A DNA stretch of 64,000 bases from contig CAJXVM010000015.1 of the NCBI GenBank assembly GCA_913061095.1, positions 8,870 to 72,869 of the forward strand, written 5' to 3'. Of the stretch, positions 46,632-57,586 are shown in pieces; position 1 is the stretch's first letter; each line of letters opens with the position of its first letter. The DNA comes from an uncultured Ignavibacteria bacterium. GTDB taxonomy: Bacteria > Bacteroidota > Ignavibacteria > SZUA-365. The translations under genes were made by a program, and so were the position numbers. Under the pieces are notes generated by a model, which had not been told where the DNA came from, did not search any database, and saw nothing but the letters and a program-made list of their open reading frames with translations.

Positions 46632-46905
46632 AACTGTGTTCCTCAATGTGTTTGCATAGAGTTTATGTGTCTGTAAAACACCGGGGAATCTGGAGAGTTC
46701 CAGGGGGGCGACAGGAGCGTGAGGATTGTCATATCCCAAGACAGGGATGGGCGCCGCTGGGCGCTCCTCACACGCGCGCGTGACATCGCGTGTATTCGCC
46801 CTTTCAGGGCGCATCTGATGCGGATGTCATTGGTAGTAGGCCGATGCTGGATCGTTCGTGATACTGTGACACTGATCGAGGCCGTATCGAGGGACGGGGA
46901 ATCAA

Positions 46906-47796
46906 TCACTCTGCGGGCAGTTCCCAGAGCGGGATGTATCCTACTTCACGGACGATATTCTGCCCGCTGTTGCTGAGGATCCAGTCGACGAACATCTTCA
47001 TCGCACCATCGGGTGGCTCGGCGGCAAACAGGTACAGGTAGCGGGCAATGGGGTAGCTGCCGTTGCGCACATTCTCGGCCGTGGGCTCGACGCCGTCGAC
47101 AGCGATGTGGATGACATCCCTTCCATACGCAAGTCCCCCGTATCCGATTGCCGTGGAATCCGCGCGTACCTCGCGAATGACGGCCGCCGTCGTGGGAACG
47201 CTGGTGGAGCGCTCGGTATAGGAATCCCCCTCGAGAACATGCTCCTCGAAGAACAGAAATGTACCGGAATTGGGCGGACGACTGATCACCCGAATCGGCG
47301 CGTCCGCGCCCCCGACCTCCTTCCAGTCAGTGATCGCGCCGGTAAAAATGCCGCGAAGCTGTGCGAGGCTGAGGTCATCAACGGGATTGTCGGGATGGAG
47401 GTACACGCTGAGCGCATCCTTGGCGGTCAGGATGCTGAGTCCCAGCGATCCGCGTTTCTGCAGCAGCAGCTTCACTTCGGGAGCTCGCAGTGTGCGCGAG
47501 GCGGATGTCAGATCCGTTTCCCCCTCGATCAGTGCGCGGATGCCGGTTTCCGTGCCGCCGCCCTCCACGTACACCGCGATGTCGGGATGCAGTTTCATGA
47601 ACTCCTCGGCCCAGCGGTTGACGAGCCGCAGCATGGTGTCGGATCCCTTGATGCGGATGCTGCGCATCCCCGCGTCCTCGCTTTCCGCACTGCCGCTGCA
47701 GGCTGACAGTGCGAGTGCAATCACCATGGCAGGCAGGATGGATCGGGCAACGGAACGGCGTGCCGGCCGGGAACCGATGCGGGCTGTGACACTCAT
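46906..47796 (-). CDS. pstS: phosphate ABC transporter substrate-binding protein PstS family, lipoprotein
   Basis: PstS blocks (GSDTMLRLVNRWAEEF, VEGGGTETGIRALIEGETD, ISRPPNSGTF). Lipobox LALSAC. The start forms an ATGA overlap with the upstream M28 gene. Confidence 0.8.
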   Translation of the reverse strand: MSVTARIGSRPARRSVARSILPAMVIALALSACSGSAESEDAGMRSIRIKGSDTMLRLVNRWAEEFMKLHPDIAVYVEGGGTETGIRALIEGETDLTSASRTLRAPEVKLLLQKRGSLGLSILTAKDALSVYLHPDNPVDDLSLAQLRGIFTGAITDWKEVGGADAPIRVISRPPNSGTFLFFEEHVLEGDSYTERSTSVPTTAAVIREVRADSTAIGYGGLAYGRDVIHIAVDGVEPTAENVRNGSYPIARYLYLFAAEPPDGAMKMFVDWILSNSGQNIVREVGYIPLWELPAE

Positions 47797-49457
47797 CGTT
47801 CCTCCGCGAGAGATTGAAGACGTGCATTGATATACCGGGCGCCGGTCACCCACTGTGGCGGTTCATAGGTGTTGGCGAGACCGGCGAGGTAGGCCAGCAG
47901 CACGGCGGCGTGCTGCCGCACCGCATCCGGATTGACGGACTGCTGCGGGTCGTCCGAGGGACGGTGATAATGGGTTTTTCCCCATTCGATGAACTGCCGG
48001 AACCCCTGGTCATCGGGCAGATTGCGGTACTGCCGCCCCTCCATGATCAGAATCGACGGGATGCCGACCTGTGCGAAGGCGATCTGGTCGGAGCTCGAAA
48101 ATGCGTCCTGGATATCCACCTCCGGGGGCAGATCCGACACCGCGAGTCCCAGTTCATAGGCAATGCGCAGCAGATGCGTCTGCAGCGTTGAGAATTCCGC
48201 TCCCACCCCGACCACATCATCGAAGGTGTCGATGATGGCAAGTCCGTCGACGTTGAGATTCGCCGTGGTGCGATGCAGCGGAAAGACGGGGTTTCTGCAG
48301 TAGTACTGCGATCCCAGGAGTCCCTTCTCTTCTCCCGTTACAAGGAGAAAGATGATGCTGCGCCGCAGCGTCACATCCGATGCGGCAAGGACGCGCGCCA
48401 GTTCGAGCACTGCCGCCGTGCCGAGCGCGTTGTCGACGAAGCCGTTGTAAATGGAGTCGCCGTTCATTGCCGGACCGCGGCCGAGATGGTCGTAATGCGC
48501 ACTGAGCACGATGTAGGAATCCCTCAGCAGAGGATCCTGGCCCTCGAGCAAGCCGACGACATTCGCAGAGAGAAAATCCCTCTGCCGGAACACACCGGAG
48601 AACCTCGCGCGGGACTGCAGCGGGAAGCTGCGGACCGTGTTCGTCGAATCCATGCGCAGAACATCCTGCAGCGACTGTCCGCTGCCCGCGAACAGGAAAT
48701 CACACAGATCGCGTCGCAGCAGCAGGCTCAGATGACCCGGCACGGTGATCGGCAGCCGCACATCCTCGAACGAGAACATCCGGCGCCAGTCCTGCCAGAT
48801 CAAACCCTGGTCGTCACGCGGCAGGGGAATGGTGATGCTGCCCCGGGCGCCGCGTGAGAGCGCCACGCGCTGCTTCATCTCCGGGATGGAATAGATGGTC
48901 GGCCAGCTGCCGTTGAAGTAATCCGCATCCTGCGAGCGCGGCTCTCCCGAGAGGAAGACCACGATGGCGTCTTCGACATCCATGTTGTAGTAATCGTTAT
49001 AGTCGAATTCGGGCGCGATGATGCCGTATCCCACGAATACCAGGCGCAGAGGCTGGGGGAGAAAGGTCTGCGCGCCGGTCTTGTACAGCACGTAATCCTC
49101 CCACAGTTCAAGCTCGCGCTCGGTACCGTCGTTGATGACGGACAAACGGCTTTCGGGCAGGGGGATGCTGCCGTGCAGGGGGAAGTGCTGAAACCACGTG
49201 GAGTCGTCACCGGCCGGCCGGATGCCGGCGCGCGCCAGTTCGGATGCGATGTAGGCGGCGGCCCCCCGCTCGCCGGCGGTGCCCGTGCCGCGTCCGCCGA
49301 GCGAATCGTGCGCGAGTGCACGCGCATGCCGCAGGAGAGAATCGGCGGAGATCCGCTCCATCGCCGCACGCACGTCGGGGGTGACCAGCCGCTGCTGCGC
49401 CTGGATGGACGCGGCGGTGGTCAACAGGAGGAGCAGTATGGAGAGTGATCTGCGCAT
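47793..49457 (-). CDS. M28 family zinc aminopeptidase, secreted
   Basis: Signal peptide MRRSLSILLLLLTTAASIQA. M28 metal-ligand blocks (SAHYDHLG, GFVDNALGTAAVLELAR, VTGEEKGLLGS). Confidence 0.8.
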   Translation of the reverse strand: MRRSLSILLLLLTTAASIQAQQRLVTPDVRAAMERISADSLLRHARALAHDSLGGRGTGTAGERGAAAYIASELARAGIRPAGDDSTWFQHFPLHGSIPLPESRLSVINDGTERELELWEDYVLYKTGAQTFLPQPLRLVFVGYGIIAPEFDYNDYYNMDVEDAIVVFLSGEPRSQDADYFNGSWPTIYSIPEMKQRVALSRGARGSITIPLPRDDQGLIWQDWRRMFSFEDVRLPITVPGHLSLLLRRDLCDFLFAGSGQSLQDVLRMDSTNTVRSFPLQSRARFSGVFRQRDFLSANVVGLLEGQDPLLRDSYIVLSAHYDHLGRGPAMNGDSIYNGFVDNALGTAAVLELARVLAASDVTLRRSIIFLLVTGEEKGLLGSQYYCRNPVFPLHRTTANLNVDGLAIIDTFDDVVGVGAEFSTLQTHLLRIAYELGLAVSDLPPEVDIQDAFSSSDQIAFAQVGIPSILIMEGRQYRNLPDDQGFRQFIEWGKTHYHRPSDDPQQSVNPDAVRQHAAVLLAYLAGLANTYEPPQWVTGARYINARLQSLAEER

Positions 49458-49585
49458 GCGTGCGTTTCCCGTGAATATACGAAGTGGAGAACGATACCGC
49501 ACGGCGATGTGCGTTCGCAACTGTGTACTAAACCATTCACCCCGCATATTTGTTCTTTTGTACACGGATAAAATGGAGGATTTCA

Positions 49586-49795
49586 ATGACTGAACAGACA
49601 ATCCGAATCCAGGGAATGACCTGCAATCACTGCGTGATGTCCGTTCGCCGCGCCCTCGCCGCAATCGACGCCGTGGAAGTCGAAGACGTGCAGATCGGCA
49701 ATGCCGTTGTGCGCTTCGACGGCTCGGACGAGAAGCGGAAGGAAATTGATGCGGCGATTACAAACGCGGGATACAGCGTCACGGCGCATGAATAG
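49586..49795 (+). CDS. copZ: copper chaperone CopZ (HMA domain)
   Basis: GMTCNHC metal-binding motif. 69 aa. GGAGGA RBS. Confidence 0.85.
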   Translation: MTEQTIRIQGMTCNHCVMSVRRALAAIDAVEVEDVQIGNAVVRFDGSDEKRKEIDAAITNAGYSVTAHE

Positions 49796-52043
49796 GAAAC
49801 TCAGTCTCCCGGTGGAGGGCATGACCTGCGCGAGCTGTGTGCTGCGTGTGGAGAATGCGCTCAAAGACGTGCCCGGCGTTCAGGCGGCGACGGTCAATCT
49901 TGCCTCGAGCAAGGCGAATGTCGAACTGGGAGAGGATGCCGATCTCGACGCAATTCGGGATGCGGTCGGCAGGGCCGGGTACGCGCTTGAACTTCCGTCG
50001 AGCGCCTCCACCGGCACTGTGGATGAACGCGCGGGCGGCGAGGCGCTCGAAGACGTCGCCGGATCTCCGCACGCCGAGGAATTCCGGCGGCTGCGTCGTG
50101 ATCTTATCGCCGCCGCGGCACTGACGCTCCCCGTCATGCTGCTGAGCATGCTGCCGATGATTCCCTCCGTGGCCGCGGCCTGGCCTCTGTCCACACCGGA
50201 TACCAACCGTCTGCTCTTCCTCCTGACAACGCCGGTCCTTCTGTATCCCGGGCGCCGCTTTTTCAGTGCTGCCTGGACCATGCTGCGGCACCGCACGGCC
50301 GACATGAACACGCTGGTCGCCGTAGGTACGGGCGCTGCCTGGCTGTACAGTACCGCCGCCGTGCTGTTCCCGCACTGGCTGGGACTGCAGGAGGGACACA
50401 CCGAAGTGTATTTCGATACATCCGCTACGATCATCACGCTCATTCTTCTGGGACGCATGCTCGAAGCGCGCGCGAAGAACCGCGCCACCGACGCGATCCG
50501 GAAACTGGTCGGACTGCAGCCGCGCACCGCCCGCGTTCGCCGCGACGGTGAGGAATTGGAAATCCCGACACGCGACGTGCGCGAAGGCGATGTCATGCTG
50601 ATCCGTCCGGGAGAGCGTGTGCCGGTTGACGGAACCATCACCGGCGGCAGTTCTTCGGTTGATGAATCGATGATCAGCGGGGAGCCGCTTCCCGTGGCGA
50701 AGGGCGAAGGTGACGCACTCGTCGGCGGTACGGTCAACCAGGAGGGCAGCCTCGTGATCGAAGCCACAGCCGTCGGGGCCGACACCGTGCTCGGTCACAT
50801 CGTGCGCATGGTGGATGAGGCGCAGGGTTCGAAGGCCCCGGTGCAGCGACTGGTGGATAAAATCGCCGCGGTGTTCGTCCCCGCAGTCGTCGCTCTGGCC
50901 ATCCTCACGTTTCTCATCTGGTATTTCGGAGGACAGGCATCCTTCACCGCATCGATGCTGCATTTCATTGCGGTACTCATTATCGCCTGTCCCTGTGCGC
51001 TCGGACTCGCCACACCAGCCGCCATCATGGTGGGCGTGGGTGTCGGTGCGGATCGTGGCATTCTCATCAAGGATGCCGAGAGTCTCGAGCGCGCACGCAG
51101 CGTGGACGCCGTGATCCTCGACAAGACCGGTACTGTAACAGAGGGACGTCCCACCGTCACGGATGTCCTTCCGCTGGGCGACTGCACGCGTGAGCGCCTG
51201 CTCGAGCTGGCTGCCGCTGCGGAATATCCGTCCGAGCACCCGCTCGGCGAGGCCGTGCTGCGCTTTGCGCGCGGGGAGGAATGCGAAATCCGCGAACCGG
51301 AATCCTTCCAGTACGAGCCCGGTGCCGGCGTGACGGCCTTTATCGACGGTGATGCCGTGCAGGTGGGCAATGAGGCGTTGATGGCTTCATACGCCGTGAA
51401 GCTCACGGAAGAAGACGAACGGGTGAGCAAGATGGTGCGGCGCGGCAGCACACTGCTGTATGTCGCGCTCAACGGACGCCTGATCGGTCTGCTCGCCGTC
51501 AGTGATACGGTGCGCGAGACATCGGTGCGTGCCATCGAGGAACTGCATCGTCAGGGAATTGACGTCATCATGCTGACGGGAGACACCGAGGACGCAGCGC
51601 GTGAGATCGCCGGACGCGTGGGGATCGACCGCGTCATAGCGGGTGTGCGTCCTGATCAGAAAGCGGCGGAAGTGCGTCGACTGCAGGAGGAAGGCCGGCG
51701 TGTGGCGATGGTGGGAGACGGCATCAACGATGCGCCGGCACTGGCGCAGGCGGATGTCAGCATCGCCATGGGCAGCGGCACGGATATCGCTATGGAGACA
51801 GCCGACATCACGCTGATGAAAAGTGATCTGCGCGGCGTGCCCGAGGCTATGCGGCTGTCCGGGGCCACGCTGCGCAAAATCAGGCAGAACCTGTTCTGGG
51901 CGTTCATCTACAATGTCATCGGTATCCCGCTGGCCGCGGTCGGTATGCTCAGTCCCATGTTCGCCGCGGCGGCGATGGCCTTCAGCTCCGTGAGCGTCGT
52001 TTCCAATTCTCTCCTCCTCCGGCGTTTCCGCTCCGCCGCATGA
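49788..52043 (+). CDS. copA: copper-translocating P1B-type ATPase
   Basis: N-terminal HMA GMTCASC. CPC motif ([13 protein letters not shown]). DKTGTVT phosphorylation site. GDGINDAP. The start overlaps the copZ stop (ATGAATAG). Confidence 0.9.
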   Translation: MNRKLSLPVEGMTCASCVLRVENALKDVPGVQAATVNLASSKANVELGEDADLDAIRDAVGRAGYALELPSSASTGTVDERAGGEALEDVAGSPHAEEFRRLRRDLIAAAALTLPVMLLSMLPMIPSVAAAWPLSTPDTNRLLFLLTTPVLLYPGRRFFSAAWTMLRHRTADMNTLVAVGTGAAWLYSTAAVLFPHWLGLQEGHTEVYFDTSATIITLILLGRMLEARAKNRATDAIRKLVGLQPRTARVRRDGEELEIPTRDVREGDVMLIRPGERVPVDGTITGGSSSVDESMISGEPLPVAKGEGDALVGGTVNQEGSLVIEATAVGADTVLGHIVRMVDEAQGSKAPVQRLVDKIAAVFVPAVVALAILTFLIWYFGGQASFTASMLHFIAVLIIACPCALGLATPAAIMVGVGVGADRGILIKDAESLERARSVDAVILDKTGTVTEGRPTVTDVLPLGDCTRERLLELAAAAEYPSEHPLGEAVLRFARGEECEIREPESFQYEPGAGVTAFIDGDAVQVGNEALMASYAVKLTEEDERVSKMVRRGSTLLYVALNGRLIGLLAVSDTVRETSVRAIEELHRQGIDVIMLTGDTEDAAREIAGRVGIDRVIAGVRPDQKAAEVRRLQEEGRRVAMVGDGINDAPALAQADVSIAMGSGTDIAMETADITLMKSDLRGVPEAMRLSGATLRKIRQNLFWAFIYNVIGIPLAAVGMLSPMFAAAAMAFSSVSVVSNSLLLRRFRSAA

Positions 52044-52077
52044 GGCTTGCGGAATCCTTCCGTTCTGACATCCCCCC

Positions 52078-52105
52078 GAAAAGAAAGAGCGATCCATCGG
52101 ATCGC
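52078..52105 (-). terminator. candidate terminator for the P-type ATPase gene (GCGATCC-atc-GGATCGC hairpin followed by a T-rich tract on the minus strand)
   Basis: Inverted repeat read directly in the convergent copA/ATPase gap. Confidence 0.35.
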
Positions 52106-52133
52106 CCCATCCCGGTTACGAACAGGATCACGG

Positions 52134-54860
52134 CTATTTCGAATTCCCGGCTGCTGACGCGTCCCATCGCCGGACAAGCAGCTTTTTCAGTTCGATCAGC
52201 AGCACGATGCTCATCGACGTGCCGATGCAGATCAGCCATTCCTGCAGGTTCAGCGGCACGGCGCGCAGCAGTGTGTTGAGTCCGGGCACGTGGATGGCCG
52301 CGGCCTGCAGCGACAGCGAGACGAACATCACGATCAGCAGTGGTTTGTTCGCGAATACGCCGATTTCGAACAGCGAGGAGTGGACGGCGCGGGAATTGTG
52401 GACGTTCCAGATCTGGAACAGCGCGAGTGTCACAAAGGCCATGCTGCGCGCTTTTTCCAGAGGGAAGCCCTGCAGCTCAGGGGCGAGAACGCCGTAGCCG
52501 TAGGTCGCCAGTGCCCACTTGTACACCCCAAGCGTCCCGAGCATCATGATGATGCCCGCGAAGATGATCGTGAACAGCATCTCCTTGGGGACGAGTCCGG
52601 CATTCGGCGGACGCGGCGGACGCTTCATGACGTCGCCATGTTCCTTTTCATACGCCAGCGGGAAGGTGGAAATGCCGTCAGTAACGAGATTGATCCACAG
52701 GAGCTGGGCGGGAAGCAGCGGCAGCGGCATGCCGGCAAGAATGGAGGCAGTCAATGTGAGCACGCCGCCGAAACTGGTACTCAGGATGAAAAGAATGATG
52801 TGGCGCAGGTTGTCGAAAATGACGCGTCCGTAGCGCACCGCGGCGGCGATGGATGCAAAGCTGTTGTCCATCACCACCATGCTCGACGCCTCCTTGGCCA
52901 CGTCCGTTCCGGCGCCCATGGCCACGCCGATGTTGGCCGCCTTGAGTGCGGGCGCGTCGTTGACGCCGTCACCGGTCATGGTGACGATGTGACGGCGCTT
53001 CTGCAGCTGCTTGACGATGCGCAGTTTGTGCATGGGTGAGACGCGCGCGTAGACTTCGGTCATGTCACTGAGTGCGCGCAGGCGTTTGTCACTCAGCTTT
53101 TCCAGTTCCGCGCCGGTGAGGACGTCGATCTGCTCATCGTCGAGGCGCAGCTCTTCGGCGATGGCCCTGGCCGTTTCGCGGTGATCACCGGTGATCATGA
53201 TCACCTTGATACCCGCCGTCTTGCACGCGGCGATCGCCTGTTTCGCGGCTTCGCGCGGAGGATCGTACATGCCCTGCAGTCCGGCAAACACACAGCCGTG
53301 GTACACACTGTCGTCCGTGACTTTTTCGTCTTCACCGAGCTCCTTCCAGGCGAACGCGATCACGCGCAGGGCCTTCGACGAGAGGTCTGCGACGCGGTCC
53401 TTCACCCGCTTTTCATCGAGACCGGTGATGCCGTCGGCGGTCTGCATGCGGTCGCACATGGCGAGAATGCGCTCGGTGGATCCCTTGACCAGCAGGAGTT
53501 TTTTTCCGTCCTCGCGCACCGTGACGGCCATGTACTGCAGCTCCGATTCAAAGGGACGGATGTTCACGATCGGATGATTGTCACGCAGCTCCCGCAGGTT
53601 CCACCCGGCCTTTCCGGCGCTGGCGAGCAGGGCGCCCTCGGTGGGATCGCCCACGAGCTTCACTTCGCCGTTTCGGCGCTCCAGGCGTGACTCGGTGCAG
53701 AGCGCGCCGATCAGAAGCGTGCGGCCCAGCGCACTGTCCGGCGCGGGACGCTCCACGCGATAATCCCCCAGAGTGATTTCACCCTCGGTTGCGTAACCGA
53801 GTCCGCTCACCGTGTACACGCTGTCGGCCGCCACGATGCGTGTGACCGTCATGGCGTTTTCGGTCAGCGTGCCGGTTTTATCGGTGCAGATTACGGTGGT
53901 GCTGCCGAGTGTCTCGACCGCGGCGAGCTTGCGGATGATGGCGTTTTTCTTTGCCATGGCGTACACGCCGATCGACAGCGCGACGGTAACGGAGACGGGG
54001 AGTCCCTCGGGGATCGCGGAGACCGCGAGTCCCACAGCCGTGAGGAACATCTGCAGGAGGGAATTGCCCTGCAGCCATCCAGCCAGAAAGATGATGCCGA
54101 TGGCGATGCCGATGGCCATGCTGAGCTTCTTGCCGAATTTTTCCAGCCGTTGCTGAAGGGGAGACATGGTCTCTTCGGCCTCGATGATATTGCGCGTAAT
54201 CTGGCCGAGTTCGGTGTGCGTGCCGACAGCCACAACGATGCCCTTGCCGCGTCCCCGCTGCACGACCGTGCCGGAGTAAATCATGTTGAGGCGGTCGCCG
54301 AGCGCGGCGTCCTCCTCGATATCCACCTCGGCCCGCTTGGTGACGGGCAGGCTCTCGCCGGTGAGCATGGACTCATCGATCACCAGCTCCTGCGTTTCGA
54401 TCAGCCGGATGTCGGCGGGTACCTTGGTGCCGGATTCCACGTACACGATATCGCCGCAGACGAGCTCGGTTGAGGAGAGGGTCTCCTGTGTACCGTCGCG
54501 AAACACGCGGGCGGACGGGGAGGTCAGGTCCTTGAGCGCGCGCAGAGCCGCCTCGGCTTTTGTCTCCTGGTAGTATCCGATCAGGGTGTTGACGATGACC
54601 ACGACGAAAATGACGATGGAATCGACCGGATCGGCGAGGATGGCGGTCAGGATTGCCGCCACGAGCAGGATGTATATGATCGGATTGTTGATCTGCTCGA
54701 GCAGGACTTTCCACCACGGTTTGCGTTTTTCTCGCGGCAGTTCGTTCGCGCCATGCTCCTGGCGCGAATGCGCGACCTGTTCCGTATTGAGACCGCTGTC
54801 GAGATCGGATGAGAAGTGCCGGAGGATGTTCTCGGCGGATTGAATATGCCAGTGTGTCAT
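52134..54860 (-). CDS. P2-type cation-transporting ATPase (Ca2+/Mg2+-type, SERCA/PMCA-like)
   Basis: Cation_ATPase_N-like start. CTDKTGTLTEN phosphorylation motif. TGDGVNDAPALK. Ten TM helices. The start is set at the internal ATG 54860 (MTHWH...). Confidence 0.85.
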   Translation of the reverse strand: MTHWHIQSAENILRHFSSDLDSGLNTEQVAHSRQEHGANELPREKRKPWWKVLLEQINNPIIYILLVAAILTAILADPVDSIVIFVVVIVNTLIGYYQETKAEAALRALKDLTSPSARVFRDGTQETLSSTELVCGDIVYVESGTKVPADIRLIETQELVIDESMLTGESLPVTKRAEVDIEEDAALGDRLNMIYSGTVVQRGRGKGIVVAVGTHTELGQITRNIIEAEETMSPLQQRLEKFGKKLSMAIGIAIGIIFLAGWLQGNSLLQMFLTAVGLAVSAIPEGLPVSVTVALSIGVYAMAKKNAIIRKLAAVETLGSTTVICTDKTGTLTENAMTVTRIVAADSVYTVSGLGYATEGEITLGDYRVERPAPDSALGRTLLIGALCTESRLERRNGEVKLVGDPTEGALLASAGKAGWNLRELRDNHPIVNIRPFESELQYMAVTVREDGKKLLLVKGSTERILAMCDRMQTADGITGLDEKRVKDRVADLSSKALRVIAFAWKELGEDEKVTDDSVYHGCVFAGLQGMYDPPREAAKQAIAACKTAGIKVIMITGDHRETARAIAEELRLDDEQIDVLTGAELEKLSDKRLRALSDMTEVYARVSPMHKLRIVKQLQKRRHIVTMTGDGVNDAPALKAANIGVAMGAGTDVAKEASSMVVMDNSFASIAAAVRYGRVIFDNLRHIILFILSTSFGGVLTLTASILAGMPLPLLPAQLLWINLVTDGISTFPLAYEKEHGDVMKRPPRPPNAGLVPKEMLFTIIFAGIIMMLGTLGVYKWALATYGYGVLAPELQGFPLEKARSMAFVTLALFQIWNVHNSRAVHSSLFEIGVFANKPLLIVMFVSLSLQAAAIHVPGLNTLLRAVPLNLQEWLICIGTSMSIVLLIELKKLLVRRWDASAAGNSK

Positions 54861-54976
54861 GCTGTCGCCAAAATTGATACCGCGTACAAAATGCCGGTTT
54901 TTGGTACACGGGCAAAATCCCCCTGCCGCGGGCTTTTCCATTGTCGCAAGTGCGGACGTTCGGTTATATTCCGTTG

Positions 54977-55759
54977 ATGGATGTTTCGGCTACAATACGA
55001 ACACTGTTGCAGCGGCTTGCCGACGGCGAACTTACGCCTGAGCAGTGCGGCGACCAACTTTCGTCTCTGCAGAGTACTCATCTGCACGTCGGGGATTTCG
55101 CCCGGCTCGATCTCAACCGGCGCGAACGCACGGGCTTTCCCGAAGTGGTATACGCCCCCGGCAAGGCGGAAGAGGAACTGCGCGGCATTGTCACCTCGCT
55201 CATCGAACACGGGCGGTATAACATCCTGGTTTCGCGCCTTGAGAATACGCTCTATGAAGCACTGTGTGATGACACCGTGGCGTCACGCTACTACGTTCGG
55301 TCATCCACGGCCGTGTTCGCCATGCGTCCCCCGGACAGTGGCAGCGGACGCGTGGCCATCGTGACGGCGGGCACTTCGGATCTGGCCGTTGCGGAAGAGG
55401 CCGAGCTGGCCTGCATTTACGCCGGAACGACCGTGGAGCGTTTCGCCGACGTCGGGGTCGCGGGCATCGACCGCCTGCTGGAAGTACTGCCCGACATCGC
55501 GCGAAGCAACGTGTGCATCTGCGTTGCGGGCATGGAGGCGGCGCTGCCGTCAGTGCTGGCCGGGCTGCTGCCCATCCCGGTGATCGGCGTACCGACCTCC
55601 GTCGGGTACGGTGTGAACGAAGGCGGCGTCAACGCGCTGCTCTCTATGCTCGGCAGCTGTGCACCGGGCGTGCTCACGGTCAACATCGACAACGGTATCG
55701 GCGCCGCCGCGGCGGCGCACCGTATCAACAAGCTGCTCGAACGACGCCGTCATGAATGA
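54977..55759 (+). CDS. larB: LarB-like protein (PurE-fold nicotinate-ribotide C5 carboxylase/hydrolase of nickel-pincer cofactor biosynthesis)
   Basis: N-terminal IRTLLQRLADGELTPEQ segment followed by a PurE-like core (VAIVTAGTSDLAVAEEA...VCICVAGMEAALPSVLAGLL...VIGVPTSVGYG). The alternative start at 54941 adds 12 aa. Confidence 0.65.
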   Translation: MDVSATIRTLLQRLADGELTPEQCGDQLSSLQSTHLHVGDFARLDLNRRERTGFPEVVYAPGKAEEELRGIVTSLIEHGRYNILVSRLENTLYEALCDDTVASRYYVRSSTAVFAMRPPDSGSGRVAIVTAGTSDLAVAEEAELACIYAGTTVERFADVGVAGIDRLLEVLPDIARSNVCICVAGMEAALPSVLAGLLPIPVIGVPTSVGYGVNEGGVNALLSMLGSCAPGVLTVNIDNGIGAAAAAHRINKLLERRRHE

Positions 55760-56609
55760 CACCCGCATCACGTATGAATCCCTTCTGAGTGATATTGCCG
55801 CGCTCGGCACGCGGGACGGTGTCAATCTCATCGCGTTTTCCGGCGGTGTGGACAGCAGCCTCGTCGCCAGAGCGGTATTCGATGTCTTCCCGGAAAACAG
55901 CGAAGCCGTCATGGCACTTTCTCCGTCCGTTTCGCGGGCGATGCGGGAGCAGGCGGCAACCATAGCGGCACTGATCGGCATTCCCCTGCGCACCGTGCAG
56001 ACCGCTGAGCATCGCGATCCCACATACATCGCCAACGATGGCATGAGCTGCTACATCTGCAAGACACACATCTACGCGGCGATGATCGCGGTGGAGGAAG
56101 ATGCGGAGCGGCGGCCGGGCCGTGTGGTTCTCTTCAGCGGCAACAACGCTGAAGACATGCAGGATCCAACGCGCGTCGGCATCCGGGCCGCGCGCGAACA
56201 TGCCGTGTGCAGTCCGCTCGAGCGGTTCAGCAAAGCGGACGTGCGCGCGCTTTCGCGCCATGCCGGACTCCCGAACTGGCAGGCGGCTGCGAGCCCCTGC
56301 CTGCGATCCCGTCTCCAGGCCGGGGTTCCCGCAACCGCGGAGCATCTGCACCGCATCGAAGAGGCGGAGAAGCGTCTGCGGCTGCTGTTCGGTCTGGCGG
56401 AGGACGTGAATTTCCGTGTGCGCCAGCTGCCCGGTGACGAAGCCATGGTGGAAATCGACGCGCCGCTGCTCGAGCGCATCGATCTTGCACACTGCCGTGA
56501 TCTGCTTCTGCCGCTCGGCTTCGCGGCGGTCGGGAAACGTGCATTCCGTTCCGGCAGCGTGAGCACCGTGCCTCCCGAGTCATCTCCCCAGCAGGCATCA
56601 TCCTCATGA
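55752..56609 (+). CDS. larE: LarE-like PP-loop ATP pyrophosphatase (sacrificial sulfur transferase family)
   Basis: PP-loop SGGVDSS. A conserved Cys in ASPCLRSR. Translationally coupled to the LarB-like gene (8-nt overlap). Confidence 0.7.
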   Translation: MNDTRITYESLLSDIAALGTRDGVNLIAFSGGVDSSLVARAVFDVFPENSEAVMALSPSVSRAMREQAATIAALIGIPLRTVQTAEHRDPTYIANDGMSCYICKTHIYAAMIAVEEDAERRPGRVVLFSGNNAEDMQDPTRVGIRAAREHAVCSPLERFSKADVRALSRHAGLPNWQAAASPCLRSRLQAGVPATAEHLHRIEEAEKRLRLLFGLAEDVNFRVRQLPGDEAMVEIDAPLLERIDLAHCRDLLLPLGFAAVGKRAFRSGSVSTVPPESSPQQASSS

Positions 56610-57586
56610 ATCTTTCATTGCTGCTCGCACAGAAGGATATCTGCATACTCGACGGTGCGATGGGCACGGAACTGCATCGGCAGGGCGTTGACATCGGTTT
56701 GCCGCTGTGGTCGGCAAATGCCCTCATCCGCGCACCACATACCGTCCGCAACGTGCACTTTGCGTATCTGAATGCCGGTGCCGACATCCTGACAACGAAT
56801 ACCTTCCGCACGAATATCCGCGTGCTGAAGCGTGCCGGATTCAGCGACCGCTCTGAGGAACTCAACCTGCGCGCGATGGAACTGGCCTTCGAGGCGCGTG
56901 AGCGCTATCGTCCCGCCCGGCCCGTGCTGATCGCGGGCGGACTCGCTCCGGTGGAGGACAGCTACAGTCCCGAACTGGTACCCTCCGCCGCGGAACTGCG
57001 CGAGGAACACGGCAGGCAGGCGGAACTGCTCGCCATGTTCGGCGCGGACATCCTGCTCGCCGAGACACTGATGACCATTCGTGAAGCGGAAGCGGCCGCG
57101 GCGGCATGCGCTGCGACGGGGAAGGAATACGCGGTCAGTTTCGTCTGCCGCTCCGACGGCACCCTGCTGTCGGGTGAGCCGCTCGAGGAAGCGGTCGCGG
57201 CTGTTCGCGTGCACGGTCCTGCCGCGCTGCTCGTGAACTGCACCTCTGCCCAGGACATTGCCGTGGCGCATCGCGCACTGCGCGGCGCGGGATTCGGCGT
57301 CACCGGCTGTTACGCCAACACCGGCACGCCGAAAAAAGGCGAGCACGTTCAGACACAGCATGATGTCACTCCGGAGGAATTCGCCGATCATTCGCAGGAA
57401 TGGGTTACCGACGGCGCACGCATTGTCGGCGGCTGCTGCGGCACGACTCCGGAGCATATCGAACTGCTTACGCGCCTGCATGCACCCGGCACACTTCGTT
57501 TCCAGGACGAGGAAATCGCCGCATGGAAAGACGCTCGTGCCCGCCGATGGCAGAATATTCATTCGAAACAGAATCCGGATCTATGA
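56606..57586 (+). CDS. homocysteine S-methyltransferase-family (Pfam S-methyl_trans) zinc thiol methyltransferase
   Basis: [10 protein letters not shown] start. Cys ligands in ...LLVNCTS... and [11 protein letters not shown]. 4-nt overlap with the upstream gene. Confidence 0.8.
   Translation: MNLSLLLAQKDICILDGAMGTELHRQGVDIGLPLWSANALIRAPHTVRNVHFAYLNAGADILTTNTFRTNIRVLKRAGFSDRSEELNLRAMELAFEARERYRPARPVLIAGGLAPVEDSYSPELVPSAAELREEHGRQAELLAMFGADILLAETLMTIREAEAAAAACAATGKEYAVSFVCRSDGTLLSGEPLEEAVAAVRVHGPAALLVNCTSAQDIAVAHRALRGAGFGVTGCYANTGTPKKGEHVQTQHDVTPEEFADHSQEWVTDGARIVGGCCGTTPEHIELLTRLHAPGTLRFQDEEIAAWKDARARRWQNIHSKQNPDL

Noticed and set aside
49779-51239. 486-aa minus-strand ORF and neighbours 49880..50785, 50795..51535
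   Set aside because: They are antisense to copA, which carries the [16 protein letters not shown] motifs.
52290-53039. 249-aa plus-strand ORF
   Set aside because: It is antisense to the P2-type ATPase gene.
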